Assembly: GCA_021107855.1 (NCBI GenBank)
Contig: JAIORZ010000011.1
Location: 199,686 to 263,685 of the forward strand
Direction: 5' to 3'
DNA: 64,000 nucleotides
DNA from: an archaeon
GTDB taxonomy: Archaea > Nanobdellota > Nanobdellia > Pacearchaeales > GW2011-AR1
The translations under genes were made by a program, and so were the position numbers. Within the stretch, counting starts at the first letter, position 1, and each line of letters opens with the position of its first letter. The notes below the pieces were generated by a model. It saw only the letters and a list, made by a program, of their open reading frames with translations, was not told the DNA's origin and did not search any database. Below, one piece after another: positions 62,911-64,000 of the stretch.

Positions 62911-63831
62911 ATGGTTTTTAAGAATGAGTTTTCGTGGTCGAAGTCGCGGGATGGGACGTTTGGGGAATGTAAGAGGAAGTATTTTTTTAATCATTATGGA
63001 TTTTGGGATGGATGGATTGCGAGTGAGGACGATAGGATTAAGCGAATTTATTATTTGAAGAAGTTGGCGACGAAGGAACTTTGGATGGGGAGTGTTGTGC
63101 ATGGGGTGATTGAGTTTATTTTGAGGAGGTTTCGTGTTGGGGAGGAGGTGAGTTTGGGGCATGCTTTGGCGGTTTTAAGGAAGAGGATGGAGAGTGATTT
63201 TGCGATTTCGAAATTGAAGGAGTATACTGGGTTTATGAGTAAGGCGCATCGGTTTTTTGAGGATGAGTATGGGATTGAGATTAGTGATGAGGAGAGGAAG
63301 GGCTTGGGGCAGAAGGCGGAGAAGTGTTTGAGGAATTTTTATAATTCGGATATTTTTATGGAGATTCGGCGGACTCCTGTTGAGGATTGGATTACTTTGG
63401 AGGATTTTTTGTCGTTTGATTTTGAAGGGACACAGGTTTATCTTAGTATTGATTTTGCGATGAAGGTTGGGGATGAGGTGATTCTTTATGATTGGAAGAC
63501 TGGTGGCGAGAGGAAGGCTGATTATAAGTTGCAGTTAAGTTTGTATGCGCTTTATGTTTCTGAGAAGCTTGGTATACCGGCTGATAGGATTAAGGCGAGG
63601 ATGTTTTATTTGGCTTTGGGGGAGTCGGGGAAGGTGGACTCTTTTGAGGTGGACTCTGAGGGGCTTGAGGAGGTGAGGGAGTATTTGCGGGCGTCGGTTT
63701 TGGAGATGAAGAAATTATTAGTGGACGTGACGGAGAACGAGGCTGTGGAGGAGGACTTTGAGAAGTCGGAGGGGTTTTGGTGTTCGCGGTGTAATTTCCG
63801 GAAGGTTTGCTTGGAGGGGTGGGGGACTTAG
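62911..63831 (+). CDS. PD-(D/E)XK (Cas4/RecB-like) nuclease with Cys cluster
   Basis: IDFAM..ILYDWKTG (D..D/ExK), QLSLYALY (QxxxY), one N-terminal Cys (ECKRKY) plus C-terminal CSRCNFRKVC. Confidence 0.7.
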   Translation: MVFKNEFSWSKSRDGTFGECKRKYFFNHYGFWDGWIASEDDRIKRIYYLKKLATKELWMGSVVHGVIEFILRRFRVGEEVSLGHALAVLRKRMESDFAISKLKEYTGFMSKAHRFFEDEYGIEISDEERKGLGQKAEKCLRNFYNSDIFMEIRRTPVEDWITLEDFLSFDFEGTQVYLSIDFAMKVGDEVILYDWKTGGERKADYKLQLSLYALYVSEKLGIPADRIKARMFYLALGESGKVDSFEVDSEGLEEVREYLRASVLEMKKLLVDVTENEAVEEDFEKSEGFWCSRCNFRKVCLEGWGT

Positions 63832-64000
63832 GGACAGGGGGTGCTTGTTTTTGATTTATTTCTGTCACATATTTTTTTACTTTATCTCCTGAGGTGACTG
63901 GTGTGACGCCGTTCTTTTTTCTTGTGAAGAAGAAGATAACTAAGGCTATAATTATTATAAGAAGAGTTGCGGGGATTGTTATCCAAAGTAGAGAGGATGT
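63590..64000 (-). CDS. possible membrane protein; N-terminus off window, P/T/S-rich tail antisense to the nuclease gene
   Basis: The minus frame is open from the window edge: ..LLWITIPATLLIIIIALVIFFFTRKKNG.. (clear TM helix). No stop occurs until 63590, so the last about 80 codons overlap the convergent gene and may be a stop-poor artefact. Confidence 0.3.
   Translation of the reverse strand, partial: TSSLLWITIPATLLIIIIALVIFFFTRKKNGVTPVTSGDKVKKYVTEINQKQAPPVPKSPTPPSKPSGNYTANTKTPPTSQSPPPQPRSPSRPLIISSSPKPTPANTPSPPQAPQSPPQKSPPSPTPPKPNKTSSP

Noticed and set aside
1-64000. CRISPR arrays, cas operons other than a lone Cas4-like nuclease, a diversity-generating retroelement (TR/VR pair plus reverse transcriptase) for the Cys-rich proteins, rRNA genes and transposases.
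   Set aside because: I saw no regularly spaced direct repeats, no reverse transcriptase or transposase-like ORF, no TR/VR-type near-repeat of the variable domains and no rRNA-like sequence.

Overview
Dense, low-GC archaeal chromosomal segment of about 90 genes. Archaeal markers are aIF-1A, ABCE1, diphthine synthase, GatDE plus GatCAB, a TrmB regulator, a BHB-type tRNA intron, class III (pilin) signal peptides, and TATA boxes about 25-30 nt upstream of start codons. The small gene sizes and the mix of informational genes with many tiny membrane or secreted proteins suggest a DPANN-like, small-genome archaeon; that is inference only.

Core genes:
- Replication, repair and nucleic-acid enzymes: smc, rnhB, TatD, a DEAD-box helicase, a MutS-like ATPase, a DHH phosphoesterase, a Cas4-like nuclease.
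- Translation and ribosome-related: abce1, argS, ileS, dph5, a cpGTPase, aIF-1A, a KH-domain protein, aspS, gatA/B/C/D/E.
- Metabolism and division: 2-oxoacid:ferredoxin oxidoreductase (korAB), acs, thioredoxin, ftsZ, homoserine dehydrogenase.
- RNA genes: five tRNAs (Met, Leu-UAA, Thr-CGU with an 82-nt intron, Ser-GCU, Asn-GUU) and an SRP (7S) RNA.

Most notable observations:
1. The + strand is G+T-rich across all 64 kb regardless of gene orientation. Plus-strand genes use G/T-ending codons and minus-strand genes use A/C-ending codons, with visibly different amino-acid usage. Many long spurious antisense ORFs follow from this.
2. A near-identical 72-nt element makes up almost the entire tRNA-Thr intron and recurs at two other loci.
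3. A compositionally atypical operon next to tRNA-Asn encodes a leaderless 26-codon ORF, an Asp/Glu racemase and three ATP-grasp ligases.
4. The SMC protein has its hinge replaced by a central CxxC hook-like motif.
5. Four secreted proteins share a conserved N-terminal leader (YAYGT..P..GHS..E[LI]) followed by unrelated, mostly Cys-rich C-terminal domains. One carries a phage tail-fibre-type (peptidase S74) chaperone domain.
6. A type IV pilus locus lies about 30 kb from a DprA-like/TfoX_C-like pair.

All function calls come from motif recognition by eye; no database searches were run. RNA ends are accurate to about ±3 nt.
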